Shown here: positions 24,127 to 37,405 of the stretch, piece by piece
Layout of the letters: every line of letters starts with the position of its first letter
Numbering within the stretch: position 1 is the stretch's first letter
NCBI RefSeq assembly: GCF_016433145.1
Contig: NC_058132.1
Location: 88,355,754 to 88,419,489, forward strand
DNA length: 63,736 bases
Direction of reading: 5' to 3'
DNA from: Gracilinanus agilis
Lineage: Eukaryota
Program-made: the position numbers and the translations under genes
Notes under the pieces: model-generated
Seen by the model: the letters and a program-made list of their open reading frames with translations, nothing else
Told to the model about the DNA's origin: nothing
The model's database searches: none

Positions 24127-26099
24127 TGATGGGTTTGGGGCATGTTAGAAGCTATTTGGCGATATCCTACATTCAAATAGTGATTTATTTAATAATATTA
24201 AGTTTTAAACAGAAGATGATACACATGAAGACTTCTTAAGAACTTTTGAATTTAGAGTTCAACAGTTTCAATAGATCTGGACAAACATGACAAAAGCACA
24301 TGGTATGGTAGTGACTGAATGAGTGGAGGGGAGAGAGGGACAAAAGAAATATTGTGCTCTTAAAAGTATCTGCTCTATGATGTTGATTAGATATGAAGGA
24401 AAAATTGAAGGTGACTCTCAGAATTGAGGCTGGAAATCTTGAAGGTGCATAGTATCATCAACTGATGACAGGAAGCAAGGCAGCATTCTTTATTTATTTT
24501 TTTTTGTGTATGGGGAATAAAGGAAAACAATGAAATGTTTTATAAATATGGAAATTGAAACCATTATGGAATAAACAAATGAGAATGTCATTTAGGACAT
24601 TAGAATTGTGTATCAGCTTAGGAATAGTCTGTGGTAGAGATGGATATTTAGAATTTATTCACTTAGTCTTCATCAATAAGGTTACATAAGTGAGTAAAGT
24701 CAACAAGAGAAAGAACATAATGAGAGAGAAGAGAAAAAGGGCAAAGGGAGAGTCTTTAGTAAAATCCATCCTTAGAAACCACCAGAAAAGGGAAGACTTG
24801 GCACGTCCAGAATGGTCTGAGTTCTATGTTTCTCACAAACAGAAGTGGTCTGGTCTTCATTGTTAACACAGATTAGGCACCAGGTTCATCATCATCAGTG
24901 GATGGAAACAGATAAGTAATTGAAAGGCAAGTAAAATTTAAATTCCTCTTTAGAATTAGGAATTGTCCAAATTGGCTTCAACTAATTTATTTTGGTTCAA
25001 TAAAATTATATTCAGCAACAAATATGTAAGTACTTATATTATGCTAAGCCATGGAATCCATAGAATTCATAAAATTAGAGCTAGAAGAAATCTTAGAGGC
25101 CATTGATTACACCTTCATCATTTTACATATGACAAAAAATGAGGGACAGAGAAATTCAGTATTGTCCAGATTCATACATCTTATGAATGTCTAAGGTTAG
25201 TTTTTCTTTTTGACTTCAAGTTCAGTGCTCTATCCACTTTGCCAAATGAAACATTGTCTCTGCCCTCAAGTAGTTTATTTCTTGTTAGATTCAGTTTTAT
25301 TCATCAAGCATCTTTTTAGAAGGAAGAAAAGAAAAAAAGTATAGAAACATTTAACTACTGATTATATACTAAGCATTTTTAAAATATTATTTCATTTGTT
25401 CTTCACAACAACCCTTGGAGGGAGGGGATATTTTTATATCCATATTACATTTTACATCAGAGGTTAAATGATTTTGCCAAGATTATCCAACTGGTCTGAT
25501 GGCAGATTTGAATTCAGGTCTTTCTAATTCTCAATATGTTAGGAATTCTGGTAGGCACTAAAATTACAATAAAAATGAAGCAATTCCTTCCTTTAAAGAA
25601 CATGCATTTGACTCAAATGAAAAAATTCATACAAAGAAAAAATAAGTGCAAAATACATTATGAAAATATGAAACAAATTATAAATGCAAAATGAAATACA
25701 TGCAGAATAATTATAAAATAATTTTGAAGTGTACAATAACTGAGAAAGTCAAGAGATGCCTCTTATTAGAGGGGGCACTTAGTCTGGAGAGGAATTAAGG
25801 AAATAGGAGAGCATTTAACACGAGAGATTTCTGGTGCAAAAGCATAGAGGTAGGAGATCAATTCAGAAATACAGATTTAGAAGATCATTCTGTTTGAAAG
25901 CAGAAGTAAGCGAACTTGTTCTAGAAATGTCAGTTGTAGTTAGACTTTGAAGAACCTTAAATTCCAAATCTAAGAGTTAATATTTTATCTTTGTGGCAGT
26001 AGGAAATCCTAGAAGCTTCCTGAGCACACAAGGGCTTCTCTCTCTCTCTCTCTCTCCCTCCCTCCCCCTCTTTTCCTCTCTCTCCCCCTCTCTCTTCTG

Positions 26100-26660
26100 T
26101 CTCCCCACTCTAATTCATTATCCAATCAACTGTCAGTTGTCTTCCTAAAATATTGGATGACTGTCTCCTCTCCCTAGTCCATAAATTCCAGTGAAATCTT
26201 TTAACTTCCAGGTCTTGTAAAACCGTGCTTTTAAAAAACCTTTCAAAACCTTGCCCCTTTTAACTTTTCCAGTATTTTTATACCACACTCTTCATCACCT
26301 GTTCTAAAATCCATTGATGCTGGTTTTTCTTCTTTTCCTCTCACAAGGCACTCCATCTCCCAACTCCAAGCATTTTGATCAACTGTTCCCCTGTGCCTGG
26401 GAGTTTCTCTCACCGTATTTCTACTTCTCATTTTCCTTGGCTTCCTTAAAATCTCAATCAAAATCCTACCTTCTGCAAAATGCTTTTACTATTCTCTTCT
26501 TAACCTCAATGTCTTCCCTTTGAGAATACTCTCATTTTATCCTGCATGTATCTTGTTTGTACATTTTTGTTTTCATTCAATTGTGAGCTCCTTGAGAGCA
26601 GGAACTATCTTTTGCCTTTCTTGCTATGCTCAGTGCTTCACATAGTGCTTGGCACAGAGG
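26100..26660 (+). mobile_element. L2 fragment
   Basis: L2 3' end (GTGAGCTCCTTGAGAGCAGGAAC...CAGTGCTTCACATAGTGCTTGGCAC). Confidence 0.7.
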
Positions 26661-26974
26661 ATTGACATATGGACTCACAAAGTTTGTTGGGAGACTCAAA
26701 AGAGAAAATGTATTTGAAAGGTTATATAAATGTTAAAGTATTATGATAATGTTAATAATCATTACATTTTTATTTCCCTTCTCTGGACCTCAGACATCTT
26801 TCTCTAAAATTCAGAAGTTGGAGTAGTTGATTCCTAAAGTCTCTTTTACTTTAAAACCTAGAAATCATCTTGATCCACTGGGAGAAGGAGGTGGGGAGCA
26901 CTACCTCACAAGCCTGTGGCACCAGGGACTCCCTGTAGAATTACAGGAGTCTCCTAAGAGTCACTACTGAGCCT

Positions 26975-27153
26975 GAAGCTCTAGGGGCACTGTCTCCATA
27001 AAAGGAGTTGATATAAATATCTCAGTAGGAGAGGGAGGCCCACAGGCTGTCAGCCATTGTGGGGAAGGACCTTGGTATACTAGGAAGGCAGAGCAAAGGC
27101 CTGGTTGTGCAGATGTGGGCAGAAGAAGCCCAGCTGACAGAAAGCAGGTGAGT
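26975..27153 (+). promoter_or_regulatory. Predicted promoter and first exon of OR paralog B
   Basis: GATATAAATA (27010-27019) and donor CAG|GTGAGT (GT at 27148). The box-to-donor spacing of 138 nt is the same as in paralog A. Confidence 0.6.
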
Positions 27154-29244
27154 GAATATAGAGATGTACTCTTGGTGGGGAGCATAAGGGTTAGAGTGGA
27201 GTTCAGCCTAGCCAGAAAATAGTTTCTAATAGAAGAGAATCTTGGATTTTTAATGTTAGAGAAGATGAGGGGATATGGAAGAAAGAATTTTAAGAATCAA
27301 CAATAGCAATTTCTCACATTTTTTCAATGTTTTATTTTCCAAAGATCTTTATTATCTATCAATTTTTGAGATTATGTCTCCTTGCCCAGGCTGGAAGTAC
27401 AGAGAACTCTCACTGGCCCCACCGCACTACTGATTAGGTCAGAAGATTTCGCCAGCTCTATTTCAGACCTGGGTCAGTTCACTCCTTCTTAAGTAATCTA
27501 CTGGCCTCCTATCCACAGAGTTTACATATTTTGATAAAAATAGTGCAGAGGCAAAGAGGCTCATTTAATTATAATCCAATTTGGTCCAAATCTCCAGGAG
27601 ATTGAGGCACAAGAAAATGAAGGATTTGCCCAATGTCATCCAGTTTTTCAGTAATAGCCTGGAAATACAGTTTCAAACCCAGGTCTCCTGACTGTGCATC
27701 CAGTACTCTTTCCACTATTTTCAAATTCTACAGAGTGACTTCCAAGAATAGCACCTAAGAGAAGAGAATGGATCTTCATCAGGAGAAATATAGGACGTTT
27801 TAAAAAGCTTGGCAATTGGGTGAGACATTGATGGTAGTGATGGAAGGTGACTACAGGGTTTCCATTCCTGGGGATCTTGAGAGATTAAACAGATTCACAT
27901 CTCACCAAAAAGGAAAGATCTTCTAAAAAGACAGGGTACTGACTGGGTGAAAGGACCTCAGGGAGATACCATTGAAGGGCCAGTATTTTCCATAGCTTTC
28001 CACTTTACTAAGTCTCATCCACCCAGTCTTTCTTCTCTCTATTGTCCAGCTTTCCCATCCTCTTGACCTTCCATTTCTCTGCACCTGAGTATTCATTCCC
28101 TTCCCTCTGTACCCCAGTCAGTTTCTTTGTCTCTCTGTCTCTCTTTGTTTCTCTTTCTCTTATCTTTCTATCTCCTCTCTTTGTCTTTTATCTCTGTTTT
28201 TCTGTCCCACCCCACTCACCCACAGTCTGCTCTGTCTCTTAGTATTTTCTTCTCTGACTCATTTTTCTCAAATCTCTCAATATGAATTATTTTCTTCTTG
28301 TTCTTGAATCTCTTTCTTAGCAAGTGTGAAAGCAATCTAGTCAAAGGAGATGCCATGCTTTAAAATTAAATGGAAAAGGAGGAGAAAGAGGGGAAGAAGG
28401 CTCTCAGATACAGAAATTAAACCAGATCAACAGAGAACAGGAGACATTGCTAAGAGTTTTTCTTTTCTTCCTGTTTTCTTTTTTTTTCATCACAGAACCA
28501 TTTGGTAGTCCAATGAAAACCATCCTTTTCAGAATAATATTTTGAAATGCCTAAAACATGTAGAATTAAAAAGAAAAACAATTATATTGATTGCAGTTGT
28601 CAAAATATTAACAAAAACCCAAGTTCTTTATGCCCAGGTTAGAAACCCTGGGCTTAGAGAGAAATGTAGCACTGGAGATTCCTAGTAATTCACAAGAGGT
28701 GATGATAGAGAATTAATATTTATGGGATCAGATTTTTATATACCAATGCATGGAGAATGGCAAAGAAACACAGTTAACTAGATATCTTGCCAAGAACAGG
28801 GATATTCAACTTCATAGCTAGTACTGAGAATTGTTGGTATGTGAATATTAGTAGGAAAGTGGCTGGAATCATAATTTCTTAGACAACCCTTACTTGTGGA
28901 AATTCTTTCTGCCGAAGCAGGTCAACAATCTCCTCTTCAATCCCTAGTCTTAGAGAGCTGTCTACCATCCTAAGAAGACTAAGGATTTTTCTAGGATCCT
29001 ATAATCAGTATGTAACAGAGGTTGGACTTCACACTAACTTATCTTGGCTTTAGAAAAAAGCTCTCTATCCATTGTGATCATAAGTTCATAATATCATTTC
29101 TGATTAGGGAGCTAATGGAAGGCTATTCTGCCTTGAAATGGAACAATTCAGAAGCTTAAAAAGGTGGGTGTCATCATCAATCAGGAAGATATTTACCTAT
29201 CTGAGAATATATATGCATGAAGTGAGATGTAGACATAAGATCAT

Positions 29245-29426
29245 TTTTTTAAAACCCTTGTACTTCGGTGTATTGTCTCATAGGTGGAAGATTGGTAAGG
29301 GTGGGCAATGGGGGTCAAGTGACCTGCCCAGGGTCACACAGCTGGGAAGTGGCTGAGGCCGGGTTTGAACCTAGGACTTCCTGTCTCTAGGCCTGACTCT
29401 CACTCCACTGAGCTACCCAGCTGCCC
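29245..29426 (-). mobile_element. Young SINE-1_MD
   Basis: Nearly identical to 46594-46774, with 16-bp TSD GACATAAGATCATTTT (29232-29247 and 29429-29444). Confidence 0.95.
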
Positions 29427-29764
29427 CTGACATAAGATCATTTTAATGAGGATCTGCAGACTCACCAAGGATACTGGGAATGAGGTAAAACTATACTTCT
29501 GGTGCTCTGTTACCCAGAAGAATGGGATAACGTGTAACTGTTGGAGTTCACCAAGCTGATGAGAAAGTAGAATATACTCATGCCTTGGCACTTCAATGGC
29601 CATCTGGACATCTGCTAAAGAGAGAATGGGCATAATAAAAAAATGGATTTCGGAACAGACAACATGAGTTTGGCTCCTGGCTTTCCTTCTCTCTAGTAAA
29701 GGAGGAGTCACTGATCTTCTCAGGGACTCAGTTTATTGATTGGTACATTAAGAATGTTGACCTA

Positions 29765-29894
29765 TTCAAATCCGGCCTCAGACACTTCCCAGCTGTGTGA
29801 TCCTGGGCAAGTCACTTGACCCCCACTGCCCACCCTTACCACTCTTCCACCAAGCAGCCAATACACAGAAGTTAAGGGTTTAATAATAAAAAAA
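29765..29894 (+). mobile_element. 5'-truncated SINE-1_MD
   Basis: 15-bp TSD AAGAATGTTGACCTA (29750-29764 and 29895-29909) and an A-tail. Confidence 0.9.
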
Positions 29895-30289
29895 AAGAAT
29901 GTTGACCTAGATAACTATGGGCTCTTAGACTGATAGCTGGAAGGGTAATTAAAGGCAGTCCCTTCTTTTAACAGATGAGGAAATCAAGATTAACTGACAT
30001 AGCAATAGACATATAAGCAATGAATGTTAGTTGCAGGATCTGAATGAACACCATTCTTCTTGACTCCTGATGATTATCCTATACCATATGTGTCTCAATA
30101 TTGATTGGTCTTATCATCCTATAAGATAATCAAGTTCACTCTGGACTGAAAGAGAAGTAGCTAATAAATTCCTGCCTTTTCCTTTCTGTTTGAGAAAAAT
30201 TATGAACCTACTTTCAACCTAAAAGAAGGAACTGTTTGTTGCAGTGTAAATAATAAGCATTTTGGGAGGCAATGGAAATTTGATCTTTT

Positions 30290-31250
30290 TTTGAGATTAA
30301 AAATTTTTAATTTTAATATCAAATTTTTACATGTTTCCAAAGCTACATAATCCAAATTGTCTCCCTACCTTTTCCTCTCACTCCTCCTGGAGCTAACAAG
30401 CAATTCAATCTGGGTTATACATGTATTATCTTGCAAAACTTGTTTCTATATTATTCATTTTTGTAAGTGAATAATCTTATAAAACCAAAATCTCAAAACA
30501 TATGCCCAAATAAATAAGTGATAAGCTATATGCTTCTATCTGCATTTTTACTCCAATAGTTCTTTCTCTGGAGGTGTATAGAATTATTCTTCATAAGTCC
30601 CTCAGAATTGTCCTGGGTCATTGTTTTGCTGTTAGCAACAAGGTCCATCACATTTGATCAGTCCACAATATTGCTGTTACTGTGTATAATGTTCTCCTGG
30701 TTCTGCTTATTTCACTCCACATGAGTTCATGTAGGTCTTTCCACCTTTTTCTGAAGTCATCCTGTTCATCATTTCTTATGGCACAATAGTATTCCATCAA
30801 CATCATATACCACAGTTTGTTCATCCATCCCCAATTAAGGGAGATCTTTTAGTTTCTTATCCTTTGCCATGACAAAAAGAGCAGCTATAAATATTTTTGT
30901 ACAAACATGCTCTTTCCCATTTTTTAATCTCTTTGGGATACAGGCCTAGTAGTGGTATTAATGGATCAAAGGGTATGCAGTCTTTAATAACCCTTTAGAC
31001 ATATTTACAAACTGCTCCCCAGAACAGTTGAATCAGTTCACAACTCCACCAGCAATGCATTAGTGTCTCAATTTTGCCACATCTCCTCCAGAATTTATCA
31101 TTTTCCTTTACTGTCATATTGGCTAATCTGATAGATGTGTGGTGGAACCTCAGAGTTGTTTTAATTTTATTTCTTTAATCAAGAGGAATTTAGAACATTT
31201 TTTCATAAGATTATCAATAACTGATTTCTTCATCTGAAAACTGAGCATCA
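30290..31250 (-). mobile_element. L1 3' fragment
   Basis: Reverse poly-T start and marsupial L1 3' UTR/ORF2 sequence homologous to 21150-22255. Confidence 0.85.
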
Positions 31251-31499
31251 ATTTAATCTTAAGAATTCCTGATCAGTGGAGAGATAGATATTAGGTATAA
31301 TTCTATATGTTCCTTATATTGAAGAATTATGACTTCAAAATGTTCAGAGAAAAGAGGACAGCTTAAGTATTGAGATCTTTTCTGAATTTAGTACATGATG
31401 AGTCTGAGAAATTTAGAATCATATAAAAGTCACCATCCTCATGAACCTCTTATTGTTTCAGAGGCAGCTGCAGAAAGCTACTTCCTATCATGGGAACAG

Positions 31500-32060
31500 T
31501 GCTCAGAGGTTATTGAACTTGCTTAACAGACTACAAGAAAAATCAATTAAGGAGAGATAGAAAACTGTCAAGTACAAATTTTCAGTACTACAATTTGATT
31601 CCAATAAGAAATACAAGTGACCAATGGAGATATCTTGGGAAGTCTGTGACCTGCTTAGATTACATAAAAGGATTTTATAGTCTTTAAAAAATTTATAATC
31701 TTTCAAAAGATAGAAGGATAGCATTTTTCATTATGAGTCCTTTGGGACTATAATCTCAAAAAAAATAAAATAAAATTGAATTAAGATGGAAAGAAGAACA
31801 GGTAACGAGTGATGAACAGAAAAGAGTGGCAAGAACCTAAGAGAATGGTGTTCAAAATTCTAAAGCCCATTAAGATCTGAATCTGGGTACAAATACTGAA
31901 ATATAACCAAAAGATCTTTTGATTCGATATTGGAGACAAAAGAAAGACAAGAGAGGACAGAGAAAGAGCCCCTGCTGGGGATGGATGGTACAATGATGTT
32001 AGCCAATAGAGAAAACACTAAAGAGCTCCTCTTTTGTTTTAGATATGTTCTTCCTCCCCC
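31500..32060 (+). mobile_element. L3/CR1 ORF2 fragment
   Basis: CCCCTGCTGGGGATGGATGGTACAATG...GAGCTCCTC...TTCTTCTC matches the CR1 ORF2 linker region. Confidence 0.55.
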
Positions 32061-32173
32061 CTGTTTAGGAGAATCATATTCAGAATAAAAAGGATAACAC
32101 CCAAATAGTTAATATGAAATTTAGGACTTTTCAAATGTAATAGCAACCATAATAAAAAAAAAAAACAATACTC

Positions 32174-32356
32174 GGGAAGGCAGGTGGCTCAGTTGATAGA
32201 GAACCAGGTCTGGAGATGGAAAGCCCTGGGTTCAAAAGTGGCTTCAGATATTTCCTAGTTGTGTGACCCTGGGAAAGTCAGTTTACCCAATTGACTACCC
32301 CTAATCACCCTTCTAATTAGTATTGATTCTAAGACACAAAGTAAGGGTTTAAGAAA
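32174..32356 (+). mobile_element. Marsupial CORE SINE
   Basis: Head GGCAGGTGGCTCAGTTGATAGAG and tail GTATTGATTCTAAGAC...GTAAGGGTTTAA. Confidence 0.8.
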
Positions 32357-32899
32357 AACACAGCAAAACTTCATTTATTTAGAAATGCCTGACTTCATAG
32401 CATAAATTTCCTCTGTTGATACAGACTGCCCTCCTTTCACAACTTAGTGGAGAGACTTTGAAATCTGATATCTTATCTATCAGTAGTAGCCAAACTGGTG
32501 ATGAAGTCTTTCTGAGCTGAGAAAAGCCTGTCCTTTGATAATAAATATAGAATCTATCCCTAGATACAGACATGAAGTAGAGACTCAACTACACTGACAT
32601 ACACAGACATCCCTCATAAACGAGGGAGTGCTTAGTGGAGGATAGGTCTGATGAGGCATTAGGGCAGAACTTTCAACATCGATTAGCACTTTATGATTTA
32701 TGCCTGGCTTTATCAAAAGTTCACAAAATGAATTTTGCTTAATATGCTCCATTTTACAATTAAGAAAACTGAAGCTCAGAGAAATTTAGTGACTTTCTTA
32801 CAGTCTAATACGTGTCAGAGCATGGATTTGAATCCAGAACTGCTAATTCTCTTGTCTTCCAACTTCAAGGGGAGTACTCTTACACTCTACTTCACTGGA

Positions 32900-33950
32900 G
32901 CAGAATAAGTAAGAGTTAAAAAAACATTTTGCTAAGAAAGGAAGGAAGGAATTTGAATTATGTTATGTCATGGAACCAAAGGAAGGAAAGATCTTAAATA
33001 AGAAGTGGATTGTTAAAAATGTAAATGTCAACAAATTTAGAGAGTTCCAGGAGAAAAAGAACTGAGAAAAGTCTTTGAATGACAAATAGGTCAATCTTAT
33101 TCTCTCTATTCCATGTTGGTGCCTTTAGAGAAAACATTTTTAGTAGAGGTTTGGGATCAAAAATCCATTTTTAATTTGTTAGTGCAAGAAAGAAGAAATG
33201 GGATAGTAGTTAAAGGAACATCTGGCTTAAGCAAGGCGTAAGTAAAATATTTTTCAGCTCAGGAGCTCAGCTTCATGGCTGAGGGGAGGGAACCATTGAA
33301 GAAGAGAGAATAGAGATATTAATAAGAGAAAGCACAATGGAAGCAGACTATCTCAGGGATCTAGTAGGGGATAGGAATCTAGTATATTAAAGGAGATATT
33401 AAATTTAGAGAGAAAGAGAGTTTCCTACCAAGGAGAGAATAAAATTTGGCAGTCAATTACTCAAGCATTTATGAAGTGCTTACTATTTCCAATGCACTGT
33501 ATACTGCAGACACAGAGATACAAAATCATAGTCCTTTCCTTCAAAGAGAGCACATAGGTGAGAAAATATGTAAATAATTTGGTACATACAAGATTTATAC
33601 AGTATAAATGGAAAGAATTGTAAAGAATGCTATAGTGGCAGTTGAGAGAACAAGGAAAATTCTTTTAATAAAGTAATATTTGAACTGATTCTTGAAGGAA
33701 GCCTAGGAAACTCAGAGGTGGAAGTGTGAAACAATAGACATGAAGTGTGGTGTGTGAAGAATAACTATTAGAGAAGTATTTCTGGATCATAGTGTGTGTA
33801 GGGGATGAAAGAGCTGAATGGTGAGGGCCTGGTTATAAAGAACATTATAGGCCAAATCTAAGACTTTATATTCCACACTGGAGGTAATAAGGAACAGAGA
33901 GATTTACTAGGCTGGGACTGACTTCAACAGACTTACACATTAGGAAAATC
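32900..33950 (-). mobile_element. Degenerate L2 fragments
   Basis: Purine-rich reverse L2 sequence including the CAATTACTCAAGCATTTATGAAGTGCTTACTA tail. Confidence 0.6.
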
Positions 33951-34284
33951 ATTTTAGCAACTAAGATGGGGATGAATTGGAGTTCAGAAGGATGTGAGTG
34001 GACAGGAATAGGTTGAGGAACGTGAAAGGGTGGGGACAATTTTCTGGAAAAGACGGAGAGGAAAAGAACACAGGTGAATATAGAAGTGTCAGTCTTTGCA
34101 AAAGAATGGCCACATATTTCTGTGAGAATAGATGATGGAGAAAATAGTAAGAAAAAATGGCTGAAAAGGAATGGAAAAGAGGGAGCTCTCTATGAATGGC
34201 CTGCATTTTTTTTTTCTGGAAATATATAATAAAGTCTTCAGCTGTTAGGGTAAGGGGGGAGATACATAAGAGTTGATGTATTGA

Positions 34285-34751
34285 TGTGAAACTTTAATTA
34301 CTTAGTGGTATAAGAGTTAAATTTAAAACACACAGGTCCTTAGAATTTTATAAAGTTTATTTGAATTACTTGGGATAGGTGAAAGATCAGAATCAGGTAA
34401 AAAAATTAAAAGTAAAATAGCCTAATCTAAACTACCATGTGGGTGGTCTCAGCTTGGCCACCCTAGCAGCTCCCCCAGTGCGGTCACCCAAGATAGAGAG
34501 CAAACACTTCCTGGATCACTTCTTTTTATATCTGGATCTATTTCAGAATCATGTCTGGATCAGGTATGTAGATCACCATCCTATGGCCCACACTTGGTGA
34601 TGCAGGTGACGCAAACTCATGCACATAGATGTATACTCAAGTGACCTAATTTACTCAATGATTTCTCTCACCCCATCCTGGCTTCTGGATCAAATATTTG
34701 GCAGGAGCTGCAGAAAAATGTGTGATCTCAGAAAAGTAAAATTCCTTCACA
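34285..34751 (-). mobile_element. Probable solo LTR in the predicted intron of paralog B
   Basis: TGTGAA...TTCACA termini. Minus-strand GATATAAAAAG TATA followed by AATAAAC. TSD not resolved. Confidence 0.6.
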
Positions 34752-35672
34752 TAATGGCATAACTGGCGATAACAGACTAGTATTCATCCCTGAAATTTGA
34801 TAGAAGTATATTTAGGTTGAAATGCCTTCTGCTTGTAAATAAACATTTTTTTGAAAAAAAAGTATAAATGTGTTTTTTTTTGGACACTTCCAAAACTTCC
34901 CAACATGGCTTCAGATACACATTTCATCTTCTCATTAAAAAAAAAAGTTGCCATCTGCTCATTTTGGGGGGAGTAGTAGGGGGAATCATTTAATTTTTAT
35001 GGTAAAAATGACCTTAGTTAATTTGTTTTACAAATAATACAATTGAGGCCAAAAGCTATAAAGTAACTTACCTAAGAAGAAACATTGGTTGGTAGCAAAT
35101 AAGTGAAAGAATTCATTGTAGATGATTTTAGTATGAATGCTTATTGGCAAAGGGCTAGGTATATATGGGGCTTTAAGGAATTTTTATTATTATTATTACT
35201 GTTGACTCCTTAGGAGCATAGGGCCGCAACCATCTCACGCCAGCGGACTTAAGGAATTACATGAAAGAAATATTTTAGGGAGTCACTTAGAGTATAATGG
35301 GAGGCAAAGGTATTGGTTTCTGAGAAGTGGGAATTCCCAGTGGTCAAAGATAAATGGATTTAATTGGAAAGACCAATTTTATCACAGTTCTACATTTTTC
35401 TCTGGCAGTAATATAGTCTGGGTATCAGAAGATATCCATAGTGCAGTTTACCTAGTTTTAGGGCTTGACAAGGGACAGAAAAGCATGGCATAATGGGTGA
35501 GAAGGATGGAAATTTTGGGTGAAGGCTGTCTCAAAAACAATGATCATGGAGATTCAGCCCAGGCCAGAATAATCAGAAGGTAAGTGATATTCCACAGTAA
35601 GAAAGAGAGATTGATCTTTTTTTGTTCTATTGACTTCTCAATCCCTAATTATCCCAGGAAGAATTTCCAAGG

Positions 35673-36620
35673 ATGCCTAACCTGCCCAGGACCAACTTCA
35701 GCTTCACCACCTTCTTGCTGACTGGTTTCCCAGGCTTGGAATGGGCTCACTGCTGGATCTCCCTGCCCATCTTTGCAGGCTATCTAGTAGCTCTTCTGGG
35801 CAACATCACCATCCTGCACCTGGTCCGCACAGAGAACTCCCTGCATCAGCCCATGTACTACTTCCTGGCAATCCTAGCAGTGACAGACCTGGGTCTCTGC
35901 ATGTCAACTCTGCCCACAGTGCTGGGCGTGCTGTGGTTTGATGCACGGACCATTGGGCTGGTGTCTTGCATCCTGCAGCAGCATTTCCTCCACTCCTTCT
36001 CTTTCATGGAATCTGCTGTGCTCTTTGCCATGTCCCTGGACCGCCTGGTGGCCATTCGCTTCCCACTGCGCTATGCCACAATCCTCTCTGGCCCCCGTGT
36101 GGCACTGGCTGGGGCAATACTGGGTCTGAGGAGTGCTGCTATTACAGCAGCCCCCTCTATCCACTTATTCACTTTCCAGTACTGCCGCCCTGGAGCCCTC
36201 TCTCATGCTTACTGCTTACATCAGGACATGATCCGCCTGGCCTGCTCTGACACACGCTTCAACAGCATCTATGGACTGTGCATTATCATGTTGGCCATGG
36301 GCTCTGATGTTCTCTTCATTCTGGTCTCCTATACCATTATTCTCCACACTGTACTCTCTATTGCCTCTGCCAGGGAGAGACTTAAAGCCCTCAACACATG
36401 TGTGTCCCACATCCTGGCTGTGTTGTGTTTCTATGTACCTGTGCTCGGCTTATCCATTGTTCACCGCTTTGGACGCCATGCTTCCCCTGTTGTGCATGTA
36501 CTTATGGGCACGGTTTCAGTACTTTTCCCACCTTTGATGAATCCTGTGATCTATAGTGTCAAGACACATCAGATCCGTCGAGCCATCCTCAAGGTGGTCT
36601 CTTTGGGAAAGCTCCGGTGA
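35673..36620 (+). CDS. Class I olfactory receptor, family 51, paralog B (315 aa), intact
   Basis: Same motifs as paralog A. About 9 internal amino-acid differences plus a different C-terminal end (GKLR vs GKH). Confidence 0.95.
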   Translation: MPNLPRTNFSFTTFLLTGFPGLEWAHCWISLPIFAGYLVALLGNITILHLVRTENSLHQPMYYFLAILAVTDLGLCMSTLPTVLGVLWFDARTIGLVSCILQQHFLHSFSFMESAVLFAMSLDRLVAIRFPLRYATILSGPRVALAGAILGLRSAAITAAPSIHLFTFQYCRPGALSHAYCLHQDMIRLACSDTRFNSIYGLCIIMLAMGSDVLFILVSYTIILHTVLSIASARERLKALNTCVSHILAVLCFYVPVLGLSIVHRFGRHASPVVHVLMGTVSVLFPPLMNPVIYSVKTHQIRRAILKVVSLGKLR

Positions 36621-37129
36621 GAAGCCAGGATTCTGCTACAGGCAAAATGTTGAAGGCTCATTAGTGATGATCCAAAACCAAGCAATGACTTAATTAATTA
36701 AGTTGTAAGTCAACAAGAACTTATTAAGGGAATACCACGTGCCAGCCACTAATAATGCTGGACGTGCAAAGAAAGACAACCACAGGGTTCCTATAGAAAA
36801 ACAGCTCTAAGTTATGAGGAGATACCAATGATGCATCAACAATAGTTTGTAGGCTTCTCTGGAACTCTATAAAGTCTGAGTAGATGTGAACAATTTAGGG
36901 TTTTTAGCAGAAAAAATGTTCAACAAATCTAACCTAATTCACATTTAATTATGTTTATAGTCATTACATTAATTTATAACATTTAGGTATAAAGATTTAA
37001 GGAACGGAGAGACAGAATGGTGTAGTTGATAGAGAATTGTCCTTAAAACCACCATAGATCTGAATTCAAGTCCTGCCTCTGACACATACTGGCAATGGGA
37101 CCAGGGAAAAGTCCCTTAATCTCTCTGTG

Positions 37130-37405
37130 NNNNNNNNNNNNNNNNNNNNNNNNNNNNNNNNNNNNNNNNNNNNNNNNNNNNNNNNNNNNNNNNNNNNNNN
37201 NNNNNNNNNNNNNNNNNNNNNNNNNNNNNNNNNNNNNNNNNNNNNNNNNNNNNNNNNNNNNNNNNNNNNNNNNNNNNNNNNNNNNNNNNNNNNNNNNNNN
37301 NNNNNNNNNNNNNNNNNNNNNNNNNNNNNNNNNNNNNNNNNNNNNNNNNNNNNNNNNNNNNNNNNNNNNNNNNNNNNNNNNNNNNNNNNNNNNNNNNNNN
37401 NNNNN
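37130..37405. other. Assembly gap
   Basis: Run of N. Confidence 1.
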
